64,000 nt of DNA from Octopus sinensis (taxonomy: Eukaryota). This document shows, in pieces, positions 1 through 12,458 of the stretch. The stretch is taken from positions 45,818,001-45,882,000 of the forward strand of contig NC_043009.1 of assembly GCF_006345805.1 (NCBI RefSeq), given 5' to 3'. Numbering within the stretch: position 1 is the first letter of the stretch; each line of letters begins with the position of its first letter. The notes beneath the pieces were generated by a model, which was given only the letters and a program-made list of their open reading frames with translations, searched no databases and had not been told where the DNA came from. The translations under genes were made by a program, and so were the position numbers.

Positions 1-161
1 GGAATTGATTTCAAATGGGAAAGTAAGATAAAAATATATATGATTTGACCAGGAATAACTTGATACCTGGATCTGCCTACCTCATAGATGTTATATATAT
101 ATATATAGATATATATATATATATACACATACATACATACATACATACATACATACATACA

Positions 162-194
<33 letters not shown>

Positions 195-334
195 GTGTAT
201 ATATATACATATGTATATATATATGTACGTATGTATAATATATGTTGTATATATATATATATATATGTATATATATTATATTATGTATGTATTATATATA
301 GATATATAGATATAATATATATATGTGTGTGTAT

Positions 335-366
<32 letters not shown>

Positions 367-822
367 ATATCTATATATATATTATATATATTGAATTTAC
401 ACATATAGATATATATATATAAATTTAAGAATGTGTGTCTATCTGTGCGTCTGTATATGTGCATCACTAAAACTCGAGAACTACACAACGGATTTCATTC
501 ACATTTTACACATGTCCTACTTAGGGCCTATGCTGTGTCATTGGCCCAAAAATATTTTTCTTGCCTAATGTGAGCCCGGAGCAATCTCTTAATTCTTACA
601 CTATTTCTGTATAACGTGTCAAAAGTGAACCAATAACATCACTATAAATACTTTCACAATTATATGGTTTCAAATTCAAGTAATTTCATTATGTATCCAT
701 ATACATTAATTCAATTTCTATTACTTTCAATATGCATTTATGGATATGATTGTATATGTATGTATGGTGGTGCCCCAGCATGGCCACAGCTCGTAAGCTG
801 AAACTAGATAAAAAAAATATAT

Positions 823-895
<73 letters not shown>

Positions 896-1027
896 TATAT
901 GTATATATTATATTTATTTTTTATATGATTTTTTGCATATAAGCATATACATACATGTATGTATATAATTATATATATATAAATGTGCATATATATATAT
1001 ATATGTGTGTATATATACGTATAAACT

Positions 1028-1268
1028 AAAAGAAGCCTGTCGTATATATGTATATATATATATATGTGTGTGTTTGTCCGCCTAGCATTGCTTGACAACC
1101 GATGCTGGTGTGATTACGTCCCCGTCATCTAGCGGTTCGGCAAAAGAGACCGATAGAATAAGTACTGGGCTTACAAAGAATAAGTCCCGGGGTCGATTTG
1201 CTCGACTAAAGGCGGTGCTCCAGCATGGCCGCAGTCAAATGACTGAAACAAGTAAAAGAGTAAAAGAG
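1028..1268 (+). mobile_element. SINE family 2, 3' half
   Basis: gcattgcttgacaaccgatgctgg...gtaaaagagtaaaagag. Confidence 0.8.
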
Positions 1269-1441
1269 TATATGCATATGTATATATGCGTATATATGTA
1301 TGTATACATATGTATACATGTATATATATATGCATATATGTGTATATATATATGTATATATACATATATATGTGTCTTATATGTATATATGTATATATAA
1401 TTATATGTATATATATATGTATATATATTGTGTATATTATA

Positions 1442-1482
<41 letters not shown>

Positions 1483-1659
1483 CGTATGGATGTATATATA
1501 TATATATGTGTATATATTTGTATGTATATATATGTATCATATATGCATATAAAGATATACATATGCATATCTATATGTATATATATATATATATATATAT
1601 AGATAATATATATACATATATATACTATATATATATATATATATATCATATACATATAC

Positions 1660-2040
1660 AGGCGTGGGCGTGTTGTGTGCTAAGAATCTTGCCTGCCAAC
1701 CACATGGTTCCGGCTTCTGTCCCTGGGTACGTGTCTTCTACTATACCATTGGGCCGTCCAAAGCCATGTCAAAAGGTTTGGCTGAACAAAGTGTGTCCTA
1801 TATATATATATATATATATAGTATGTATGCGTATTTGTGTCTGTGTTCCTCCCCACCATCGTATAAAGACCAATGCTGGTGCGTTTACGTACTCGTAACA
1901 TAGCGGTTCGGTAGGAGATTCCGATAGAATAAAGACCAGGCTTACAAAGAATAAGTTCAAAGCTTGACTTCTTCAACTAAAAGGCGGTGATCCAAAATGG
2001 CCACACTCAAATGACTGAAACAAGTAACAGAGTAAAAGAT
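1660..2040 (+). mobile_element. SINE family 2, diverged full-length copy
   Basis: Colinear with 60361-60778. Confidence 0.8.
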
Positions 2041-2152
2041 TAACATATATATATATATATATTGATAAAAATGGTAAGACAACAAAAGACCTCGATATTA
2101 TGTAAATAGAGTAATTTATCTGTAAAATTAATAAGTGACAACTATTCGGTAG

Positions 2153-2220
2153 CCATGATAAAACTCCGAGTTTCGGATGCCGAGGTTGAAAACCACGCCG
2201 TCATATCTTCAGTTATCTGG
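2153..2220 (-). ncRNA. Type I hammerhead motif in a short PLE-type repeat (~2060-2300)
   Basis: Minus strand reads GATAA-CTGAAGA-TATG...CATC-C-GAAACTC-g-GAGT-T-TTATC. Palindromic stem III with a 1-nt loop; GUU triplet. Confidence 0.6.
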
Positions 2221-2520
2221 CCAGCGGAAAAAATGCTATAAAAATGACCGGTATACAAAGGGAAATTGCTGTGTCATTGACCGTTATTAAGACAAAAGAG
2301 CTATTTGAACGACCGCTAAGTGCGGATATGGATTAAAAGTAAATGGGTAAAAAGGTTCATTGTATTCGCGTAAGTGCTCATGTCCATACCTACAAATGCG
2401 CGCCCGCTCACCCACGTACATGCGCCTAAAAGTATACACTCATCCACCCTCACTTGAAACGTACATATTCTCACCCGCACCGTTCGCCATATATTATATA
2501 TATATATATATATATATACA

Positions 2521-2877
2521 TATTTGGAAAGATTTTTTTCTCAAAGAGTTAAGATTGCGAAAAGATCCTTTTAGAAAGTCGAAAAGCACTAACCTTTGGG
2601 AAGAGATTTTACAAAATATGTGTGGGTTTTTGTTTTTATTGATGTGAAGGCGATTTTAGTTCTTAATGTTCGTGTTATTACATATAGTGAAAAACAACTT
2701 TCACCATATGTAATAACTCGTGCTTGAAAACGTTAAGAACTGAAAGCGCTTGCACATCTTTAAAAGCAATGCTCACACACATTTTGTGAAATCTCTTCCG
2801 AAACATTAGAGCCTTTCGACTTTCTTAAAGGTTCTTTTCTCAATCTTAAATCTTTGAGAAAAAAATCTCTCCAAATA
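2521..2877. mobile_element. MITE/foldback with ~104-bp imperfect terminal inverted repeats, flanked by TA
   Basis: 2521-2624 is largely the reverse complement of 2774-2877 (TATTTGGA(A/G)AGATTTTTTTCTCAAAGA...). Confidence 0.8.
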
Positions 2878-2917
2878 TTATAACTGTATCAAGGATTTTC
2901 CAAAACACTCCAAATAT

Positions 2918-2972
<55 letters not shown>

Positions 2973-2991
2973 ATATATATATACACACAAC

Positions 2992-3034
<43 letters not shown>

Positions 3035-4342
3035 ATGAGTACACATATATATGTTTACACACACACATATATATATATTATATTTATATTAGAGGTAATG
3101 TTATGACAACAAAAGAATGAATAAGACCACGATATTATGCAAATAGAAGAATTTCTCTGTAATAAAATAGGTGAGAATTATTCGGTTGCCATAATGTAAC
3201 TCCTAGTTTCTGATGTCGGGACGGAAATCTGCTCCGGCATCAAGTCAGTTATTAAGACAATAAAAAAACTCGGACTTTTATTACGGCAACAGTACAGAGC
3301 TCGACCACCTCCAGATTTCATCCGATACTATGCAGTAGTAGTAGTATATATACTGCCAGTGTTGAGTTCGGGCTTTGCAGCATAATGTCGGCTAGCCACA
3401 TCGAATGTTGGTAATACCCAAGTTATAGACTCTGGTTGTTATCCTCGCTTGGTCAATGTGAGTGTCCCTTTCAGGACTGTATAGTTTCCATAAATAATAA
3501 CAGGAATAAAGGTCAGAAGAACGGTTATTTACAACATTATGTTATGCATATTAATATTTGATTGAAGGTCATGCATCCATTTCCAAGTCAGTTTATCTTA
3601 ATCATTTTGATGCGACTTTACCCAATACGATTCTCTCTCTCTCTACCTTTTTCTCTCATCTTTTATCCAATTCTTTTTTCTCCCCTTCACCGTTTTCTAT
3701 CTGTCTCTCTCTACTCCTCTTTCTCATTTTCTCTCTCTCTCGTTGCTCGCACGTGACCATCGTCCATCTTTCTTTTCCTAAGGTGATCATCTTTCTTTTG
3801 TTGCAGGGCTGTCCTACAGGTTGGACATGTCCTCTCTCTTTCTCTTCTATCTTTTCTCTTGTCAAACAAAATTCGCTATTTTATCTTCGTCTCGCCTAAC
3901 GAGCCGCCATGTTTGTTTCCGTTCGGTTTCCTTGTTTGTCACCACTATCTCGTTTTTAGAACTGTTTCATTCAAGAGAAATCTTCAGGAAGCTAGTTAAC
4001 AAGAATTGTATTGGCATTTATACATTTAGGCAGGTTTAAAGGGGTGGTGGTGGGGGACTTTTTTGGGGGTAGGCATAGCGCAAAATATCATACTTGGGGG
4101 AGTGGTCAAGGAGTCAGTGGTAAATTAGATAAAAGAATAAATAAAAGAATAAAAAAATAAAAAAATAAAAAAAATAAAAAAATATATATAAAAAAGAATA
4201 GAGTTTTAGGTAAATAAGGGGATTCTCACTTATACCTATACACATATGTATACATATATACACACACACACACACATATATACATACACACATACATACA
4301 CACACACACATATACATATATATACACATACACATACCTTAG

Positions 4343-5315
4343 ATTACCTTAGAATCCAACTTAACCAAAGCTAACCTCCTTGACGTCACCCTCGACTTAA
4401 AAATCTCACTTTATTACCCGTACCACAAACCTAATGAATCCCTTAGATATATAGATATTAATTCCAACCACCCCAAAAATATATTAGATAACCTAGTAAA
4501 AAGTGTCTCAATTAGAATTTCTAGCCTGTCCGCCACGGAAGATATCTTTAAGGCCGCAGCCCCCTATTACAACGAGGCCCTGGCCCGCAGTGGCTTTAAA
4601 GATAAGATTACCTATACTAGTATAGCCCCACGCCAACCCAGGAAAAATAGACGAAGACACATTAGCTGGTACAACCCCCCCTTCAACCGTGAGGTCGCTA
4701 CACCTGTAGCTAAAACCTTCTTCACTCTCCTACAGAAACACTTCCCCACCCAACATAAGTACTACACTATCCTAAATAAGAACACTATTAGACTCTCCTA
4801 CTTTACCACGCCCAATCTAGCCAGGAACCTAGCCAACAACAATGTGAAAAAACTTAACATATCTACTTTTTCCGAGGCCCATCCAACGTCCGATAGCAAT
4901 TGCAACAGCCCTGATAAAACCACCTGCCCCGTCAACAACAACTGCCTACAGAGGGACCTAGTATATACATGCGAGGTAAGATCAGGCCCTGACGATAAAA
5001 GAAAATCCTACATCGGAATGACGTCAAACAGCTTTAAGACCCGTTGGTACGCACACACACACTCGTTCCGGCGACAGGATAAATCCAACCAAACTACCCT
5101 CGCCGCCCACATCTGGTACCAAGTGGAAACTACTACAGAAGGCGCGTTCGTACACAGGAGGCCATACCTGCTGTGACCTTTGCATTTCGGAGAGCCTAGA
5201 GATCTTGTTCGCCAAAGGCCCTCTCCTTAACAAAATCTCAGAACACTCCCCAAATTGCATGCATAAGAAGTATGCAAACTACAAGAACTATAGACCTACC
5301 CGGCAACCAGATTGA
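4343..5315 (+). pseudogene. PLE reverse transcriptase C-terminus plus GIY-YIG endonuclease (truncated, frameshifted at ~5117)
   Basis: The open frame from 4343 reads LLDVTLDL..YYPYHKPN..YIDINSNHP, PYYNEALARSG, WYNPPFN, CPVNNNC, LVYTCEV, SYIGMTSNSFKTRWYAH, LAAHIW. The +1 frame continues TKWKLLQKARSYTGGHTCCDLCISES..LLNK..CMH to TGA at 5313-15. Confidence 0.9.
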
Positions 5316-5529
5316 TGACACCCCACCCACAACCCCCCCCCCAATCCCACCGTTCCCCTAGCACCCCCGATTACCTTTTCTCCTAAGACCTTTCACATAT
5401 TGTACGTGCACGCTTGTATATGTGTATCGTATATATGTATAGAAATGTATGGGTATAGTAGGAATATACGCATGTATTATGCGTGTGTGTGTGTGTATGT
5501 ATGTAAAAAAAAAAATATATATATATGTA

Positions 5530-5563
<34 letters not shown>

Positions 5564-5852
5564 TATATGTATATATGTGTGTATGCATATGTATGTGTAT
5601 ATGTATGTGTGTATGTATGGGTATGTATGTATAAAATATTATATAATTAGAGCTTAGTAAAATAAATTACTTTGCCACATACTGAACTTTCTAGAAATAA
5701 CAGCCAAAAAAGTTTTTTAGCCTCTTCCACTACTTAGAGAATATTTTCTCTCAGACATTGTTTACTCAAAAAAATAATGGTCCTTTTACATACTGAATAC
5801 TTGGTGAAATTGATTAATAACTAATTAACTTTACCCTCAATTGTTGATATAT

Positions 5853-5910
<58 letters not shown>

Positions 5911-6859
5911 GTATGTGTATGTGTGTGTGTGTATATATCTATATATGTATGTGTGTGTATATGTGTATTTATGTATATATATATATATATATATGTGTAT
6001 ATGTATGTGTGTGTGTATATGGATATATGTATATATATGAGTGTACGCGAGTATGTCGATGTATATGTAGGTATGTAGAGTTATGTGGATGTGCATGTAT
6101 GTGAGTGTAGATACAAATTGTAGATGGGTATACATATATGTGTGTGTATATATACATGTATATATGTATATGTATGTGTGTGTATATATGTATATATATA
6201 TATGTATATGTGGGTATGTAGAGTTATAAGTATGTGCATGTGTATATGTGTGTATATATGTATATGTATGTGTATGTGTATGTATGTATATATATGTGTA
6301 TGTGTATGTGTGTATATGTATGTATATATGTATATATGTGTATATGTGTACGTGTGTATGAGTATGTACGTATGTTTGCACACAAGTATATGTGTATGTA
6401 TATATATATATATACATATATATAATGTATGTATATATATATATATGTATGTGTGTGTGTATATATATGTGTGTATGTATATGTATGTATGTATATATAT
6501 GTGTGTGTATGTGTATGTGTGTGTGTATATGTATATATATGAGTGTACGCGAGTATGTCGATGTATATGTAGGTATGTAGAGTTATAAGTATGTGCATGT
6601 GTATATGTGTATATGTGTATGTATGTATATATATATGTATATTATATATAATATATATATATATGTTAATAAAATAGAACATATGCATATATATAAACAT
6701 ATATGTACGTACCTACCTCTACATGTACATATACACGCATATATGTGTACAAGACACCAAAAAGACGTCGAACACATAGAGAGACGAAAAACATAGACAC
6801 AAACCAAGGAACAAGACAAGCAAAAAAAGAGATACAGGACAATAAGCACAACGAAAAAT

Positions 6860-6920
6860 CCCCTTCTTCAGTCGCTAAGGTTTCATCTACTAAACGTTTC
6901 GAAGGATAAAAGCGAGACGT
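6860..6920 (-). ncRNA. Non-circularly permuted hammerhead-like motif, copy A1
   Basis: Minus strand reads ACGT-C-TCGCT-ttta-TCCTT-C-GAAACGT-(17 nt)-AGCGA-CTGAAGA-AGGGG. Confidence 0.7.
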
Positions 6921-7698
6921 ATACTTCGAAGAAAACTTCCTTCCTGCGAAAAGCAAATCAATTAAAAATCTGAGATCTTTTCGCAGAGGGTTAAAAAAAG
7001 CAAGACGGTAACGACAGTACAAACATATAAACAGTAAAAAATATATATATAAACAGTGGAAAAATAAATATATAACAGTGAGAGACAGGACAAGGAGAAC
7101 AAGATAAGAAGGGCTGTTAACGCCAGACGAAAAAAGTATTGCAAACGCTGGATTATAGTGGACGACGAGAGAGAAAGAATGTCGACCAGTAGCCTTAGAA
7201 GGCGGGCGAGAAAAGACAGGATAGCAGTTACGACGGAAGTATCGTCGCAGATGGACGACGGGAATGGGGGAGGAGGAGCAAGAGGAAGAGAGAGAAGGGG
7301 AATGGTGCGAGGAGACCATGAAGAACGGTGAGGGGGAGAGAGAGAGGAAGAGACAAGTTAAGTGAGGGAAAAAAGACGAAAAAGGGAATGGGAGAGAAAG
7401 AAAGAAAGAAAGATGCAGAGTCGCGTGAGAGTTAATATCAAGGCTAACTTGATAAACAGAACAATCTTACTTAATAGGGTGCGTGCGTTTAGTCGTATAA
7501 TATGTTAATAAAATAGAACATATGCATATATATAAACATATATGTACGTACCTACCTCTACATGTACATATACACGCATATATGTGTACAGGACACCAAA
7601 AAGACGTCGAACACATAGAGAGACGAAAAACATAGACACAAACCAAGGAACAAGACAAGCAAAAAAAGAGATACAGGACAATAAGCACAACGAAAAAT

Positions 7699-7759
7699 CC
7701 CCTTCTTCAGTCGCTAAGGTTTCATCTACTAAACGTTTCGAAGGATAAAAGCGAGACGT
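7699..7759 (-). ncRNA. Non-circularly permuted hammerhead-like motif, copy A2
   Basis: Identical to A1, 839 nt away. Confidence 0.7.
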
Positions 7760-8204
7760 ATACTTCGAAGAAAACTTCCTTCCTGCGAATATATATATAT
7801 ATGTGTGTGTGCGTATATGTGTATATATATATATATATGTGTGTAAGTTTATATGTATGTATCCGTCTGTATAATAGGTAACCGCACGTACATATACTTA
7901 ATATTTATTATTTATTTTTTGAGTATGCATGTATGAATAACTGCGCGTATATATATTTTATTATTTATTTTTTGAGTATGCATGTAAGTATGAATATAAG
8001 GAGGCGCGTGTGTGTGTGTGTGCGTATGTGTAAGCATAGATATATGTATACTTTTACGCATGTGTGTACTTATGTGTATATATGGATGCGCGCGTGTGTG
8101 TGTGTATGGGTACGCATGTAAATGTGTATGTGCGTGTATGTGTATATGTGTATTTATGTGTGTGCGTATATTTGTATATGTATGTATGTATATGTATGTA
8201 TGTG

Positions 8205-8245
<41 letters not shown>

Positions 8246-8442
8246 ATGTGTATATGTGTATGTGTATGTATTTGTGTGTGTATGCACGCGCGTATATATA
8301 TGTATGTATATGTATACGTGTGGGTGTGTGTATGTGTATATATGTATGTATGTATGGATGTATGGATGTATGTATGTATGTATACGTATGTATGTGTATG
8401 TGTGTATATGTATGTATGTGTGTGTATATGTATATATATATG

Positions 8443-8473
<31 letters not shown>

Positions 8474-9124
8474 GTATATATATATATATATGTATGTATT
8501 TGTATGTAGGTGTATATGTATGTGTGTATATATATTTTTTGGTGTATATGTATAGACTAGCCTTCTAAGAGTGTAGACATGAATCTGTAGGTACGCGTAC
8601 GTATGTGTATATACGTGAATGTATGTAGATGTATGTATGTATGAATATAACGCGTGCGTGCGTGTATGTGTATGAGTGTACGAATGAGTGAGTGTGCGTG
8701 CGTGAATGAGTGCTTGTTTTCAAGTAGAAAGAATAATGGACTTGCTGTCATAGCCAAGATGCTCGTGACCAGCGGTCAAAGATAACAAAAGTAATAAATG
8801 AAGATAATAAAATTAAAATTAGGGAATGGGTCTGTATTTGTATGTATATATATGTGTGTATGTGTAGGTAAGTATAGGTACACATATGTATATATATATA
8901 TGTATATATATATATGTATATATGTGTGTGTGTATATATGTGTATATAGGGACTTGTGTGTTGTGTGTGGTGTTGTGTGTGCATGTGTGTATGTGGATAT
9001 GTGTGTGTATGCGTGTATGTGTATGTGTGTGTATGTATATATATTTTTCTGTGTGTATATGTATGTGTGGTCGTGTGTGTATATATACATGTGTGTATAT
9101 GTGTATGCATGTGTGTGTGTGTAG

Positions 9125-9164
<40 letters not shown>

Positions 9165-9537
9165 TATATATATATGTGTATGTGTAGATATGTGTATGTA
9201 TGTGTATGTGTATATATATGTATATGTGTGTGGTGTATGTATGTGTGTATGTATATATGTGTGTGTGTGTGTGTATATATGTATACATATGTGTATAGGT
9301 ATAAGTGAGAATCCCGTTATTTACCTAAAACTCTATCTTTTTTATATATATTTTTTTTATTTTTTATTTTTTATTTTTTTTATTCTTTTATTTATTCTTT
9401 TTATCTAATTTACCACTGACTCCTTGACACTCTCCCAAGTATGATATTTTGCGCTATGCCTACCCCCAAAAAAGTCCCCCACCACCACCCTTTAAACCTG
9501 CCTAAATGTATAAATGCCAATACAATTCTTGTTAACT

Positions 9538-9588
9538 AGCTTCCTGAAGATTTCTCTTGAATGAAACAGTTCTAGTCCTGTAGAAGCT
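9538..9588 (+). ncRNA. Type I hammerhead ribozyme motif at the PLE 3' terminus
   Basis: Stem I AGCTTC/GAAGCT; core CTGAAGA (9544-50); short stem II TTC/GAA; GAAA (9563-66); stem III ACAG/CTGT; GUA triplet with cleavage after 9582. Confidence 0.8.
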
Positions 9589-10867
9589 CCTTCTATATAA
9601 TAAATATATATATATATATAGTCGGTTAAACTTTTGATTAATCTGCAACAAGATTATTCATCTTTCTATTTCACAATATATATATATATATATATATATA
9701 TCTTATTTATATTATTAAATGTATATATATATATATATCAAAAGGATGTGTTACAACACATGTACAAAAGCACCCATACCTCCATCATCCATCATCCAAC
9801 ATACCTCCATCTTCAGCTGATCATTATGGTTCCGACATATGTGCAGTACCATTGAATACGGCGGTGTCAACAATACTAAAATAAATGTTGCTTGGGAACA
9901 AACATACAAAAGAAACCCCAACTTTCAAACACATTTACCCTATAAGCAACAGTATCGGTAAATAAATTCAAAAAGCAAATCTATAACCGCCTCCTAAGTA
10001 TGTATGTAAACAGCAACCAAACCTTTCTGCCATACAATAAATATTCCCTACAGTCTTCCATAGTATAATATAAAAGTGAAAGCTCAATAACCACATTCAT
10101 TCAATCTAAATATAGGCGGGATTAAACACTAACTTTAAAATTAAACTACAACAAAGAAGCACATAAATCTATGTACGCTTGTATCGGTATTCATAGTTGA
10201 ACTCTAATAACTAAATTATATACGAAAATAGCAACCAATCTTTAAGTCCATACAAATAATAATCTCACCAGTCTTCTATAGTTACTACTATAATAAAAAA
10301 AGTGGAAGTTTGTATTTAATTCTCTCCAAAACAAAACACGACTGAATTTAATTTAACAACTGATATAATAATTATGAGTGAAATACATTATTTCATAATT
10401 AAACAGTTAATAATAAAAACACTACATACTCATTAATATATATTACCCTCACAATCTTTAATGTAAATTGCCAGTAACGAATAGAAACATTACATTTTAT
10501 TAAAGGGGAACTTGTAATTAACTATTATTATAAAACTACGAATTATTCACACTTACATTTTTTTTATCAGACCACGCTGTTCTATCACCTCTAAAACTTA
10601 AACCACCATCTTAACTATTGATGACATAGTGCGTAATTACTACTTCATGAATTGTGTCAAACAACATTAGTGGCGTAAGTAAGCAAATAACTTGAATTGT
10701 AAACACTCCAAATTTTACAAATATCTGCAAAGTTGAAGACTAGATACTACCCTATATTTATTTAAAATTTCAAGTCTCCCACCTACACAGAAATTAAAAT
10801 TGTTCGCCACTTTACCATATTCATACCATTGTTTAACTAAATATGTTTGTATATATACATATATATA

Positions 10868-10934
<67 letters not shown>

Positions 10935-11415
10935 ATATATTATATATATATATATACATACATATATAAACGGATATTATTGTTTACAATAATATGAAGT
11001 GGCATAGCATGTGCAAAAAATTACCATAAGGTAAATTATTGATTAATAATTAAGGGAGTCAGAAGTAGCACCAGTAGCTAAAAGTTGCAGTCTGAGGACG
11101 ACTACCACCCCAAATTTTTACTGATACACATTAATTGAAATCGGGGAAGTCATCCAGAAACTCTATCATAAATATGTCGGTGATCCATGCTAACATTTTG
11201 ATATAATCTATTCCGCCCAGGCCCTCTATTTTCCCTGCCAAATGTGTTACTATATTTGTTAGTAAACTTGTTACGTTTTTCATTTTATTCTTCTCATAAA
11301 TAGATGCACATATGTGCGTATGAATATGTGTGGTTGCGTGTATGTGTGTGGCAGATATATGTATATATAAAAAGAGAGAGAGAGAGAGAGAAGTAGTGTG
11401 TGTACATACAGAGTG

Positions 11416-11493
<78 letters not shown>

Positions 11494-11497
<4 letters not shown>

Positions 11498-11513
11498 TGA
11501 TAGATAGATAGAT

Positions 11514-11589
<76 letters not shown>

Positions 11590-11590
11590 T
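11494..11590. repeat. (GATA)n microsatellite
   Basis: Direct reading of the sequence. Confidence 0.95.
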
Positions 11591-11673
11591 AGCTATATAC
11601 ACATGCATATATAAACATACACATACATACGTGCACACGCACACATACACACACACACACACACACACCACAA

Positions 11674-11720
<47 letters not shown>

Positions 11721-12298
11721 TTTATTTCTTTAGAAAATAGAGCAATAATTTATTTCTAATATATTTACCCAGCTGTAAGCTCATATATATAATGATTTCG
11801 TTTCAATTTGTCAATAAATATTCTTCCCATATTCTGAATTCTATCAAATATTTTACTGATTTAATGTATTTAAATCAGTAAGGAAAAATTACATGAAAAT
11901 ATAATCCTCTATTCAATTTCTTATCACATCTGAAACTGGCGCCTTGGCAATGTTAGAAACAAAATAATACCTAATGATTTACTTTTTATATATGTATTAC
12001 ATATTTTCATTATCAATTTTACGATTGAAGTTTTATGAAATGATATTCATGATAAGAAATGAACAACACAGCGATAACTCGAGCATATAGACTTCTGTGA
12101 GATTCTCCTTTATTTAGAAGAATAATATACTCCATTTTACAATGGTGCCACTGTGTTTAAATGCGTAATTTGATTAAAAGGAATTTGGAACAGGAACTCT
12201 GTTGCTTTCCTGTATTAAATAACTCCGGACTTTTTTATGTCCATACTTCTTCTTTACCTTGAGACATATATATGCATGCAGACAAATACACGGGCATG

Positions 12299-12362
<64 letters not shown>

Positions 12363-12408
12363 GTGTGTGTGCGTGTGTGCGTGTGTGTGTGTATGAATGT
12401 ATGTATGA

Positions 12409-12458
<50 letters not shown>

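Larger units (their letters stand above)
6662..7789 (-). mobile_element. Retrozyme-like non-coding element A: two 289-bp direct repeats (6662-6950, 7501-7789) around a ~550-bp spacer
   Basis: Near-identical direct repeats at offset 839, each carrying a permuted hammerhead motif. No credible ORF. Nested in the PLE 3' microsatellite region. Confidence 0.75.
3957..9605 (+). mobile_element. 5'-truncated Penelope-like retroelement with an inverted copy of its 3' end at the 5' side and a long microsatellite-rich 3' region
   Basis: Contains an RT thumb/GIY-YIG ORF remnant at 4343-5315. Segment 3957-~4337 is the reverse complement of ~9270-9574. A hammerhead motif lies at the 3' terminus. Confidence 0.85.

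Noticed and set aside
3600-3956. CT-rich segment resembling the family-A spacer, with CGT-C-TCGCCT
   Set aside because: No GAAA or CUGANGA strand follows, so it cannot be called a ribozyme; possibly a truncated relic.
6666-7319. 217-aa minus-strand ORF in element A
   Set aside because: Low-complexity composition, crosses the repeat boundary, no recognisable domain, and not mirrored in families B.
6662-7789. Direct repeats read as LTR retrotransposon LTRs or a CRISPR-like array
   Set aside because: No TG...CA ends, PBS, gag/pol or repeat-spacer periodicity; a ribozyme-bearing retrozyme/pLTR model fits better.
10570-10680. Candidate upstream exon (tttatcAG ... GTAAGT)
   Set aside because: Stop codons in all three frames.
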